Shown in pieces: positions 7,318 through 15,120 of a DNA stretch of 22,440 bases. Location: NCBI GenBank assembly GCA_039586365.1, contig JBDHKN010000078.1, positions 1 to 22,440 on the forward strand. Direction: 5' to 3'. The notes under the pieces were generated by a model. The model ran no database searches. It had not been told where the DNA came from and was given only the letters and a program-made list of their open reading frames with translations. Within the stretch, counting starts at the first letter, position 1, and each line of letters starts with the position of its first letter. This DNA is from Gemmatimonadota bacterium. GTDB taxonomy: Bacteria > Gemmatimonadota > Gemmatimonadetes > Gemmatimonadales > GWC2-71-9. The translations under genes were made by a program, and so were the position numbers.

Positions 7318-8328
7318 ATGGACAACAGTACACCACCACGAGGAACGTTGCTGCTCGACCGCAAGGCCATTGCTTCGTTGTTGACCCTGGAGGATTGCAT
7401 TGAAGCGGTGGAAGCGGCGTTCAGAGCACACGCGCTGGGGGAAACACTGACTCCAGGATTGCTGCACATAGAGGCCCCGGATGGCGAGTTCCACATCAAA
7501 GCCGGCGGGATGAGGATGCCCGTCCCATACTTCGGACTCAAGGCAAATGCCGGCTTTTTCCAGAACACAGCCCGGTTCGGACTGCCCAACATCCAAGGAC
7601 TCATCCTGCTGTATAGCGCAGAGAACGGGTACCCACTGGCTGTGATGGATTCGGGCGGCATCACCATGCAGCGCACCGGTGCAGCTACTGCTGTGGCCGC
7701 CAAGTACTTGGCCAAGCGGGATTCCAGCGTAGTGTCCATCTGCGGGTGCGGCAAACAGGGCCACGTGCAGCTGCGAGCCCTCACCAAGGTACTCCCGATC
7801 GAGAGAGTCAATGCGTACTCGATCGATTATGAAGAGGCAGACAGGTTCGCTCACGAGATGAGCGAGGAGCTGAACGTTGAAGTCAAGCATGTCCATGACC
7901 TCGGACCTGCCATTAGTGAGAGCGACATTTGCATCTCCTGCACCCCCTCAACAGAACCATACATCCAGCAATCGTTCGTGCGGCCGGGCACCTTCCTGGC
8001 GGCGGTGGGTGCCGACAGCCCTGGGAAACACGAGCTGGATCCGCATCTGCTCGCCGCAAACAAGGTTGTCGTGGATCTGCTGGAGCAATGTGTGTCAGTG
8101 GGAGAGCTCCACCACGCTGTTGAGTTGGGTCTCATGACAGCTCAAGACGTGCACGGAGAGCTAGGCGACGTAGTAGCGGGGAAGGTTAGTGGACGATCCC
8201 ACGATGCTGAGATCGTGGTGTTCGATTCGACTGGGACTGCGCTGCAGGACACCGCCGCCGCAATCCTAGCATACGAGAGGGCGATCGGCTCCCTGCAGGG
8301 CCAGCTGTTGGATTTTTCAGCTTCCTGA
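7318..8328 (+). CDS. Ornithine cyclodeaminase/mu-crystallin family protein
   Basis: ITMQRTGAATAVAAKYLA, Rossmann GCGKQG, AVGADSPGKHELD and FDSTGTALQD motifs. ATG 7318 is preferred over TTG 7303. Confidence 0.92.
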   Translation: MDNSTPPRGTLLLDRKAIASLLTLEDCIEAVEAAFRAHALGETLTPGLLHIEAPDGEFHIKAGGMRMPVPYFGLKANAGFFQNTARFGLPNIQGLILLYSAENGYPLAVMDSGGITMQRTGAATAVAAKYLAKRDSSVVSICGCGKQGHVQLRALTKVLPIERVNAYSIDYEEADRFAHEMSEELNVEVKHVHDLGPAISESDICISCTPSTEPYIQQSFVRPGTFLAAVGADSPGKHELDPHLLAANKVVVDLLEQCVSVGELHHAVELGLMTAQDVHGELGDVVAGKVSGRSHDAEIVVFDSTGTALQDTAAAILAYERAIGSLQGQLLDFSAS

Positions 8329-8536
8329 TTTGATTGGCCGCTCGATGCAAGCCAAGTCCCTGTCAGTCGAGTCCAGACGGAACCCGACCGGGCCGCCAAT
8401 TCAGGTCTCGGACCCCGTATCGAGCGCCTCTCCAGCTGTGAGGCGGGAGCGCAATCAGCCGGGTACTCAGCACTTGGAGGCCTCTCGGCGAAGGCACTAA
8501 CCACAGCCTTTGCCCCATTCTCCCGGGACGCCTGAA

Positions 8537-8565
8537 TTGACTCAAGCCCCAAGCGCAACTAATCT
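8537..8565 (+). promoter_or_regulatory. Putative sigma70 promoter of the Crp-family gene
   Basis: TTGACT 8537-8542, 17-bp spacer, TAATCT 8560-8565. This implies a start at ATG 8600/8606 rather than TTG 8510. Confidence 0.55.
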
Positions 8566-8599
8566 AGACGCACAACCCAACCGTACCCGCAACCGGGAT

Positions 8600-9364
8600 A
8601 TGCCCATGTCCTTGGCTGGCACGTTGAGTCAAGTCCCTTTGTTCTCGCAGCTCCGTGAGGGTGACCTGGAGCGGCTGAGCCACGCCGCCCACGAACGCAG
8701 CTATCCCAAGAATAGCGTCATTCTTTTCCAGAACGATCCTGGAGATGCGCTCTACGTCGTGCTTAGCGGCCAGGTCAAGGTGGTACTGCCTGCAGAAGAC
8801 GGTCGGGAGGTCATCTTGTCAGTCCGTAGCACGGGAGACTTCTTTGGCGAGATGTCTCTCATCGATGAGGAACCCCGCTCAGCTCACGTTATTGCGATGG
8901 AGGAGTCAAGGCTCCTGGTTCTGCGGCGGGAGGACTTCCTCAGGTGTTTACGTGAAGTACCGGAGATCGCTACCGGCCTACTGCGGTCCCTGTGCAAGCG
9001 ACTGCGCCAGGCGGACAACAAGATCGGCAGTCTGGTCCTGTTGGATGTACCGGGCAGGGTCGCACGACTCCTGCTGGAATTGGCCGATGAGAATGATGGT
9101 GTGAACATAACACAGCGCCTCACCCATCACATGATCGCACAGATGATTGGATCGAGCCGCGAGACCGTGTCCCGCACCATGCGCGATCTCACCTCCCAAG
9201 GGTTCATCGAGGTCTCACGCAAGATCTTGACTATCCAGAACCGCCGCGATCCTTCGTCCCAATCCGGTGGTGGAACAAGCACCGCCACACTTGTTGAGGT
9301 ACCGCGGCGCGCCATCGTTATTCGGAATCGTTCCGCTCTGGAGGCCGCCGCTGGAATGAACTAG
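8600..9364 (+). CDS. Crp/Fnr family transcriptional regulator (cNMP-binding domain plus HTH)
   Basis: cNMP cassette FFGEMSLIDEEPRSAHV and HTH LTHHMIAQMIGSSRETVSR. There is no Fnr-type Cys cluster. About 29 extra aa are present in the C-terminal wing. Confidence 0.93.
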   Translation: MPMSLAGTLSQVPLFSQLREGDLERLSHAAHERSYPKNSVILFQNDPGDALYVVLSGQVKVVLPAEDGREVILSVRSTGDFFGEMSLIDEEPRSAHVIAMEESRLLVLRREDFLRCLREVPEIATGLLRSLCKRLRQADNKIGSLVLLDVPGRVARLLLELADENDGVNITQRLTHHMIAQMIGSSRETVSRTMRDLTSQGFIEVSRKILTIQNRRDPSSQSGGGTSTATLVEVPRRAIVIRNRSALEAAAGMN

Positions 9365-9611
9365 CTGGCCCCTCGTATTTGGCGTCGGGTCCAGCAAACC
9401 TCCCGCCTGCGCAACCTTGCAGCCAGTGTCACAAACCGGGTATAAGGTGCCCATCACGCCGACTAGTGTGTAGACGCGTACCTCCAGGTCCAGTCCGACT
9501 GCATGGCAGAATTCCCAAACTTGATAACCAGCGCGTTCAGCTAGGCGCTCCCGTCACCAAGGCTCCCAGAGGACTTCCACCTCCTGGTCATGCGTCGTGC
9601 CCGGCGCACCA

Positions 9612-9646
9612 ATAGAAAGACGGTTGCAGCTCCGGCTGCAACCGTC
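9612..9646 (-). terminator. Rho-independent terminator of the glycosyltransferase gene
   Basis: Perfect 12-bp stem gacggttgcagc 9619-9630 / gctgcaaccgtc 9635-9646 with a 4-nt loop, followed on the minus strand by TTTCTATT, about 33 nt after the stop at 9680. Confidence 0.75.
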
Positions 9647-9679
9647 CTTGACCAGCAGTTGTCCCTGCTAAGCGCTCAG

Positions 9680-11119
9680 CTAGGCGGCCCGACGTCGAGT
9701 CCTGCCTTCCATCTCGTACAGGAGATTGACGAACTGCTCCAGTTGCCTGGGGCCAAGGAATCTGGATACCACCCGTCGCCGCGCATTTCTCCCCAGCCTA
9801 CGTGCTGCAGCGTGGTTTTGCAGCAGCAGAGCCATCGCCCGCCCAAGACCGTCAGTGTCAGTGGGTTCGTCCAACAGAATGCCGTGTATTCCACTCTCGA
9901 TTTGATCCTGGATCCCTCCCACAGCGCTCGCGATCACGGGGCGCCCCTTCCACATTGCCTCCGTGACCGTGAGTCCAAAACCCTCCTGCAGACTCTTCTG
10001 GACCACGATGTTGGCGTGGCGCTGGATTGCGTTAACCATCACGGCGTTTTCCTCAACATCCTCCATGGGGAGACAGACGAGGTGGACGCGGTGCTTCGTT
10101 TGCTGTGGCAAGCGGTGCCATCTAGCTTTGCAGTCCTCGAGAACGTGCGCTCCCTCAGGATCATCCGTCACTCCGCTCACGTCCGGGCCCACTAGAACCA
10201 GGTGAGCGTCGCCCAAGTTGTCGATCTCATCGGCGAACCCCTGCATCACGCCAGCCATGTCCTTGAGTGGATCCCACCGTGATACTTGGACGACCATTGG
10301 CACATTCCAACCCGGGACGGGGCCGAGCTGCGTTATCTGCGCTTGACGTTCGACTCGGCCGGTTGATCCGTCGAGTCGCGTGAAACCGAGATGCCCGTTG
10401 GTGGAGGTACGTTCCAGTAGACCTATGTGCTTGAGAATCGCTCGGCAAGTGGCTCGGTTCAGCGGTTCGTTCTTGACGGAGAACGCGTCGATCGCAGGGG
10501 GGATAATGAAAACCGGATGCGACAGAAGCCACTGAGGCACATAACGTGTCCGCGAGAACACATAGGCGTCAGCATGCTCCAGGTAGGGCCTGAGGAAATC
10601 CCATGCGCCCCGGGCAGCTGCGTTCATGTCGTCGCGACCGATGTGGCAACGCCAAACGACCTGAGCACCCAATTGCTTCAACGGAGCGGCCAGGCCGGCG
10701 GTCTGAGGATCGTGCAGGATTACAACATCCTGGGGCCGCACTATCGACAGTATCTCGGCTGTGTTGCGGTCGGTCACCGCTGCATAGTGGCAGTGTTCTT
10801 GCTCGGACAGAGTACCGCTGTCGCCATTGTTCCCGTGTAGCCGATGGTGGATTCGTTTTGTCAGCGCAAAGAACTCGGGATCTCCTTCGATCACAAGCCA
10901 ACGCGCATCGATACCGGCTCCCCTCTCATAACCCAACAGAGTCTGCAGCATCTCTGCGACACCCCCCCCACTGGCCGTCGAGTTGACGTGCCAGATGATC
11001 CGGTCCCGCAAGATTGTCTTGGCGTCTTTCACTGCGTGACGCAAGTCGCGCGACCCGCGTTCCCCAAGCACAGGCGCGAATCGTTTGAAAGCCAGCGGAG
11101 ATATATGAACGCTCTTCAT
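9680..11119 (-). CDS. treT: Trehalose synthase TreT-like GT4 glycosyltransferase
   Basis: HVNSTASGGGVAEML, TKRIHHRLHG, LHDPQTAGL, WRCHIG, QVSRWDPLKD and QKSLQEGFGLTVTEAMWKG motifs. Confidence 0.88.
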   Translation of the reverse strand: MKSVHISPLAFKRFAPVLGERGSRDLRHAVKDAKTILRDRIIWHVNSTASGGGVAEMLQTLLGYERGAGIDARWLVIEGDPEFFALTKRIHHRLHGNNGDSGTLSEQEHCHYAAVTDRNTAEILSIVRPQDVVILHDPQTAGLAAPLKQLGAQVVWRCHIGRDDMNAAARGAWDFLRPYLEHADAYVFSRTRYVPQWLLSHPVFIIPPAIDAFSVKNEPLNRATCRAILKHIGLLERTSTNGHLGFTRLDGSTGRVERQAQITQLGPVPGWNVPMVVQVSRWDPLKDMAGVMQGFADEIDNLGDAHLVLVGPDVSGVTDDPEGAHVLEDCKARWHRLPQQTKHRVHLVCLPMEDVEENAVMVNAIQRHANIVVQKSLQEGFGLTVTEAMWKGRPVIASAVGGIQDQIESGIHGILLDEPTDTDGLGRAMALLLQNHAAARRLGRNARRRVVSRFLGPRQLEQFVNLLYEMEGRTRRRAA

Positions 11120-11218
11120 GTCAGGCCATTAAGCGCAAATTCTGTACCGAATAGACCGCGGAGGTTTTGTACCATCTGCGCAGGAAAGTGCCACCAGATG
11201 GTCCAAATTGGGCCGCAT

Positions 11219-11246
11219 ATTCTAACGATTTCTTGGCGGCCCGCAA
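11219..11246 (-). promoter_or_regulatory. Putative sigma70 promoter of treT
   Basis: On the minus strand TTGCGG (11246-11241), 16-bp spacer, TAGAAT (11224-11219). The -10 is flanked by the inverted repeat gggccgc 11210-11216 / gcggccc 11236-11242. Confidence 0.45.
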
Positions 11247-11312
11247 GAGTGGTGTGCGATCGACAGGGTAGCTGGGCAGCGAATAGCGTACTGTGTTGCA
11301 GTCTGCGCTACA

Positions 11313-11347
11313 TGGTTGCAGCCCGCTCTGGAGGCAGGCTGCAACTA
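11313..11347. terminator. Hairpin downstream of the lipoprotein gene (terminator or REP-like)
   Basis: gttgcagcc 11315-11323 pairs with ggctgcaac 11337-11345. There is no U-tract. Confidence 0.45.
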
Positions 11348-11384
11348 CGCAGCGAGGCTATCTGGGGTCACGTTGCCCCTGGTC

Positions 11385-12602
11385 CTACTGAGCAGTACCG
11401 GCTGTGCGAACTTGCGGGGGCAGCGTGACGTAGGCCACGACTGAGACACCTTCCACACGGGCGAGAACTCCGAGAGCCCTCTCCGCCCCAATCTCCCAGG
11501 GCTGAAATCCACTGGGGAACTTCACTCTCAGGGGCTCCATCTGCCCCGGGGAATGGACCAGCCAGCGCGTTCCGTAACCCAGGGAGTTATCGGCGGTCGA
11601 GAACTCTTGCAGCCAGACCTGTCTGTCCTGAGCGCAGAGGATCTGGACAGCGGGGGGACCGAGCTCACTCATGCGGTTCCAGTAATGCAGCAGGAAGTCT
11701 TCGATCGATCGTTCGATAACCGCCGAATCGACTGGTTGACCAGGGCGCTGCTCTTGCCAACGCAGCTTGAACTCGCGCTCGAGATACGCCTGGTGGTCTT
11801 GTTCGGTGATCGGCCGCCTAACTGTCGGAACGGTATCCGTGGCCAGGATAGTGCCATCAGAGCCGTAGAAACGTAGCTGGTTGCTGAACGGGTCGAGCAG
11901 TACCAGCTCGCCTGCGGGGCACGTCGTCCACAAGGGAATCGGTACGAGTAGATCCGCGTAGCGGCCCAGGCTGGCGATCCCGCTGGAGAACTCCTGATCA
12001 AAATCGAGCAAGCGACCTACCCGACTGCCCGTGCCATCGAGCTGGAGCAGTTCGGAGTGTAGGTAGTCCCCGGTGGTGGCTAGGCCATCGGGATGGTCCA
12101 GCAGCAGGTATCCAGCGCCGAACCGCTCCATCTTGAGTGGTTGTCCGTAGGAGTGATTCTCAATTGCTGCAAACACGTTGCCGCTTGAGCGTTCCACCGC
12201 AAGCTGATCAGCGACGGCACCGTTCTGCCCGTACATCACCACTCTGCGATTGCCGGCATCCCATACCTGCATCGGCTGCCGGGCATCATCCGTGGGCATT
12301 AGCCACAGAGGATTCGAGAGCTGCCTCTGGGCTCTTCCTGTAACCGCGAATGAAGACAGCAACTCACCTTCGGCTGAGAACCTGAATAGGTGTGGATCTC
12401 CGGTCCGCTGGAGTACCCACACTTCTCCGGAGGGTGCTGTGGCAACGTGCTGGATCTGTTGCAGGGAAGCCTCGGCCGGGAGACTGACTAGCGCGGCGGC
12501 GTCGATGATCACCGTGGTTCCGACCTCCTGCTCACCCGCACATCCGAACAACATTGCGCAGACACAAAGGATGGAGGACTGCTTCATCATATGCTGCATC
12601 AT
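11385..12602 (-). CDS. Lipoprotein, probable beta-propeller (NHL/6-bladed-like)
   Basis: Lipobox LFGC and blade-like repeats (VATAPSGEVWVL, FRFSAEGELLSSF, VWDAGNRRVVMYGQNG, LLDPFSNQLRFYGSDG). GAAGGAG RBS. Confidence 0.75.
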   Translation of the reverse strand: MMQHMMKQSSILCVCAMLFGCAGEQEVGTTVIIDAAALVSLPAEASLQQIQHVATAPSGEVWVLQRTGDPHLFRFSAEGELLSSFAVTGRAQRQLSNPLWLMPTDDARQPMQVWDAGNRRVVMYGQNGAVADQLAVERSSGNVFAAIENHSYGQPLKMERFGAGYLLLDHPDGLATTGDYLHSELLQLDGTGSRVGRLLDFDQEFSSGIASLGRYADLLVPIPLWTTCPAGELVLLDPFSNQLRFYGSDGTILATDTVPTVRRPITEQDHQAYLEREFKLRWQEQRPGQPVDSAVIERSIEDFLLHYWNRMSELGPPAVQILCAQDRQVWLQEFSTADNSLGYGTRWLVHSPGQMEPLRVKFPSGFQPWEIGAERALGVLARVEGVSVVAYVTLPPQVRTAGTAQ

Positions 12603-12758
12603 TGCCGACTCCTTCGGCTGGCCTTCAATTTAAGTCACGCGTAGGCGCACAATTTAACGCAGCGTACAGGGCTCCGCTCCTGCTTCCCGTCCTGCTCCTT
12701 CTTTTCTCCCACCACGTATGATGAGCATGCAGCCGAGTCGATAGGGAGTCCCAGATAA

Positions 12759-13236
12759 GTGTCCGGCCGTCGCAGGGATTAGTTCATCCAGCGCATCTCC
12801 GCCGTGGGTGGGGCAATCGCGAGTCCGTACAGGCCTTGCTGGGTGCTGTTGTCGCTGAGGTACGATCCTGTATCATCGCGAAGAGATACACTGAGACCGA
12901 GTTGGACACCGTCGTGGCATTCCACGATGATGCGGAGGCTTTGTGGCAATCCACTGTTGCGACGAATCCCCCGATAGCTGTGAACGCACTCCTAACAAGA
13001 CTGGAACGACTCCTCGACACCTGTCGCACTCCGGTCCTGGCCGAGTTTGAGCACCGCATCGGCCGGGGACTCAGAGATGCAGAAGCACTGGAGGAAGTGA
13101 AGAAGGCAAAGTAGCTCTATTTCACCCAGCTCGATTCGACCTCGACCACGGTCAGCCCCACGGGACGTTCAAGTTCTTAGTCAACGGCATCTACCTCGCT
13201 GGAGCCCCAGAGGTCGGGCTGGCTCTCAGGAACTGA
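12759..13236 (+). pseudogene. Probable decayed gene of unknown function (one stop, two frameshifts)
   Basis: AGGGAG RBS plus GTG 12759 reads MSGRRRD*FIQRISAVGGAIAS. It then shifts into the 12836..13114 ORF (..LLGAVVAEVRSC..LEEVKK), and shifts again near 13105 into GKVALFHPARFDLDHGQPHGTFKFLVNGIYLAGAPEVGLALRN* (TGA 13234-13236), just before a strong hairpin. Confidence 0.45.
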
Positions 13237-13257
13237 GCCTGGGTGGTCAGACATCAC

Positions 13258-13300
13258 AAGGGCGGTGTGTGGGGCATTCCTCCACCCACATACCGCCCTT
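13258..13300. terminator. Strong hairpin between convergent genes
   Basis: aagggcggtgtgtggg 13258-13273 pairs with cccacataccgccctt 13285-13300 (16 bp, one G-U), with an 11-nt loop. Confidence 0.7.
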
Positions 13301-13334
13301 GGTGACCCTTAGCTTTATGGTACTGCCCCCCCGA

Positions 13335-14288
13335 TTACGGCTCCCCGCCAAATGTCATCGACTGTCTTATCTTCACCCGCACCGCCTTGCCGGCGTACTT
13401 GCCGGGATTGTACACGGATTCGCGGAACAGGGCGAGGACCGGTTCGTCCAATCCAGGATGGGGCGAGGATACCACCGCCATCGTGGCCGGATCCACATGG
13501 CCGCTCTCGTCCACCACGAATTCCACAACCGCAGCGCCTGTGATCTCCGCATCGGCGAGCGAGTCTGGAACCTCGAGTTGCGGGCTTGAAACTAGCTCCG
13601 GCAGCGACTCCAGCTGTGAAGTGAAGATCGCTCCCGCATCCGCAAGCTGCCAAACGACCTCTGTTTGACCGGCATTCTGGGCCGCCAGCAGTGCCGTGAA
13701 CCCACCCGGGGTTGCGGTGTTGGGATCCGCCCCGCGCTCCAGCAGCACGGCCACGACCTCAGCGTGACCCTGCTCCGCCGCACCCATCAGGGGCGTGCGA
13801 CCATCCGGTGACGGGTCGTCCACCTTCGCACCGCTGTCCAGCAGAGCGCTAACCGTTTCGGCATGCCCACGTGCAGCCGCCATTATCAGGGCATTCATCC
13901 CAATGTCGGCTTTCAGGCTCAGATCCGCACCGGCGACAATCAGGCCCTGTACTATCGGAGTGTAGCCACCTAGGGCAGCCAGCATTAGCGCAGTCCAGCC
14001 CTCGGGGGTCACGGTGTTGACGGAGGCCCCGGTTTCCACCAACATAGCCGTCATGTCCACTTGACCGTTGCCGGCTGCATACATTAGCGCAGTATTGCCA
14101 GCTGAATCGACAACGTTCACGTCGACGCCCATGCGCATCAGTAGCTGGGCCAGGCTTACATCGCCGGTCGCGGCGGCCTGGAGGAATGCGGCATCGTTCT
14201 CAGTCGCCTGAGCATGCAGTGGTGTGACTGCGGCAGCGGCAAGCAACGTCGGGACCAAAGCAAGTACTATCGTTCTCGAAATCTTCAT
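13335..14288 (-). CDS. Secreted ankyrin-repeat protein with C-terminal TonB_C domain
   Basis: AGAGGA RBS before ATG 14288, and signal peptide MKISRTIVLALVPTLLAAAAVTPLHA-Q. Six ankyrin repeats (e.g. GNTALMYAAGNGQ, GRTPLMGAAEQGH). The C-terminal GAAVVEFVVDESGHV...YNPGKYAGKAVRVKIRQSMTF fits the TonB_C pattern. Confidence 0.88.
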   Translation of the reverse strand: MKISRTIVLALVPTLLAAAAVTPLHAQATENDAAFLQAAATGDVSLAQLLMRMGVDVNVVDSAGNTALMYAAGNGQVDMTAMLVETGASVNTVTPEGWTALMLAALGGYTPIVQGLIVAGADLSLKADIGMNALIMAAARGHAETVSALLDSGAKVDDPSPDGRTPLMGAAEQGHAEVVAVLLERGADPNTATPGGFTALLAAQNAGQTEVVWQLADAGAIFTSQLESLPELVSSPQLEVPDSLADAEITGAAVVEFVVDESGHVDPATMAVVSSPHPGLDEPVLALFRESVYNPGKYAGKAVRVKIRQSMTFGGEP

Positions 14289-14432
14289 GACTGATTTCCT
14301 CTTGGTGGTACCGATCCGCATTTGGTCCCACTGCCTCAGAAGCGCTCCGGCTGGAACTGCGACTGCGGATCATCAAAATAACCTTTCAAAATAGCGGACC
14401 TTCCGTTCCAGTAACAGTGGGCCGCCGCGAAC

Positions 14433-15047
14433 TTGGCCTATGTACCCTTTGGAGCGACAGAGTTGAGAACAGGCGAAGCCAGATCGCCACGCCACATCGT
14501 ATGGTTGGCGCTCGCATTCGAAGGGGGACTCGCCGCAATCGCATTGGTCCTCGGATGGCTGTCCAAGCACCCTCCAACCGAGCAGATCCACCTTTCGTGG
14601 CAAACTGGCGTGTGGGGACTCATTGCCACGTCCCCCCTCGTCCTACTCATGCTCTGGAGCACCAGGTCTGCCTGGCCGCCTTTGGAGCAGCTCAGGCGGG
14701 AAATCGAGCAGGTGCTCGTCCCCCTGTTCGCTGAATGCTCCCTCCTGGAATTAGCCCTGATCGCAGCTTGCGCCGGAGTGGGCGAAGAGCTGCTGTTTCG
14801 TGGCGTCTTCCAGGCCCGCCTCGCGGATCTCTGGAATCCGTGGCTCGCGTTGGCTGTATCCAGTACTGCATTCGGCATGCTGCACTTGGTCACTCCGACC
14901 TATGCCCTCCTAGCAGGTTTGGTTGGAGCCTATCTCGGCTACCTCCTTATACTGGGAGACAACCTGCTACTGCCTATTTCTGTACACTCCTTGTACGACT
15001 TTGTGGCGCTCACATTCCTGGTCCGCAGGCACCGAATGCGACTCTGA
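14433..15047 (+). CDS. CPBP (CAAX/Abi) family intramembrane glutamic protease
   Basis: GVGEELLFRG, FGMLH and VHSLYDF motifs with multiple TM segments. The exact start is uncertain. Confidence 0.88.
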   Translation: MAYVPFGATELRTGEARSPRHIVWLALAFEGGLAAIALVLGWLSKHPPTEQIHLSWQTGVWGLIATSPLVLLMLWSTRSAWPPLEQLRREIEQVLVPLFAECSLLELALIAACAGVGEELLFRGVFQARLADLWNPWLALAVSSTAFGMLHLVTPTYALLAGLVGAYLGYLLILGDNLLLPISVHSLYDFVALTFLVRRHRMRL

Positions 15048-15120
15048 CGAACGATCGTTCGGTGAAACATGAGCAGCAGATCATTCGGCAAATCGTGCCG
15101 CGCGCGATCCAGCACACCTG

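Noticed and set aside
9417..9446. Crp site (tgcag-N6-tcaca) or TTGCAG-18-TATAAG promoter
   Set aside because: Only one half-site matches TGTGA-N6-TCACA, the -10 lacks the conserved final T, and there is no intact gene downstream.
11179..11193. Minus-strand TGGCAC...TGC as a sigma54 promoter for treT
   Set aside because: The GG-to-GC spacing is 9 or 11 nt, not the obligatory 10.
12626..12657. Direct repeat caatttaa x2 (24-bp spacing), and similarly tcaaaata x2 at 14373-14393
   Set aside because: Each has only two 8-bp copies in AT-rich promoter DNA. They could be operator sites but cannot be supported from sequence alone.
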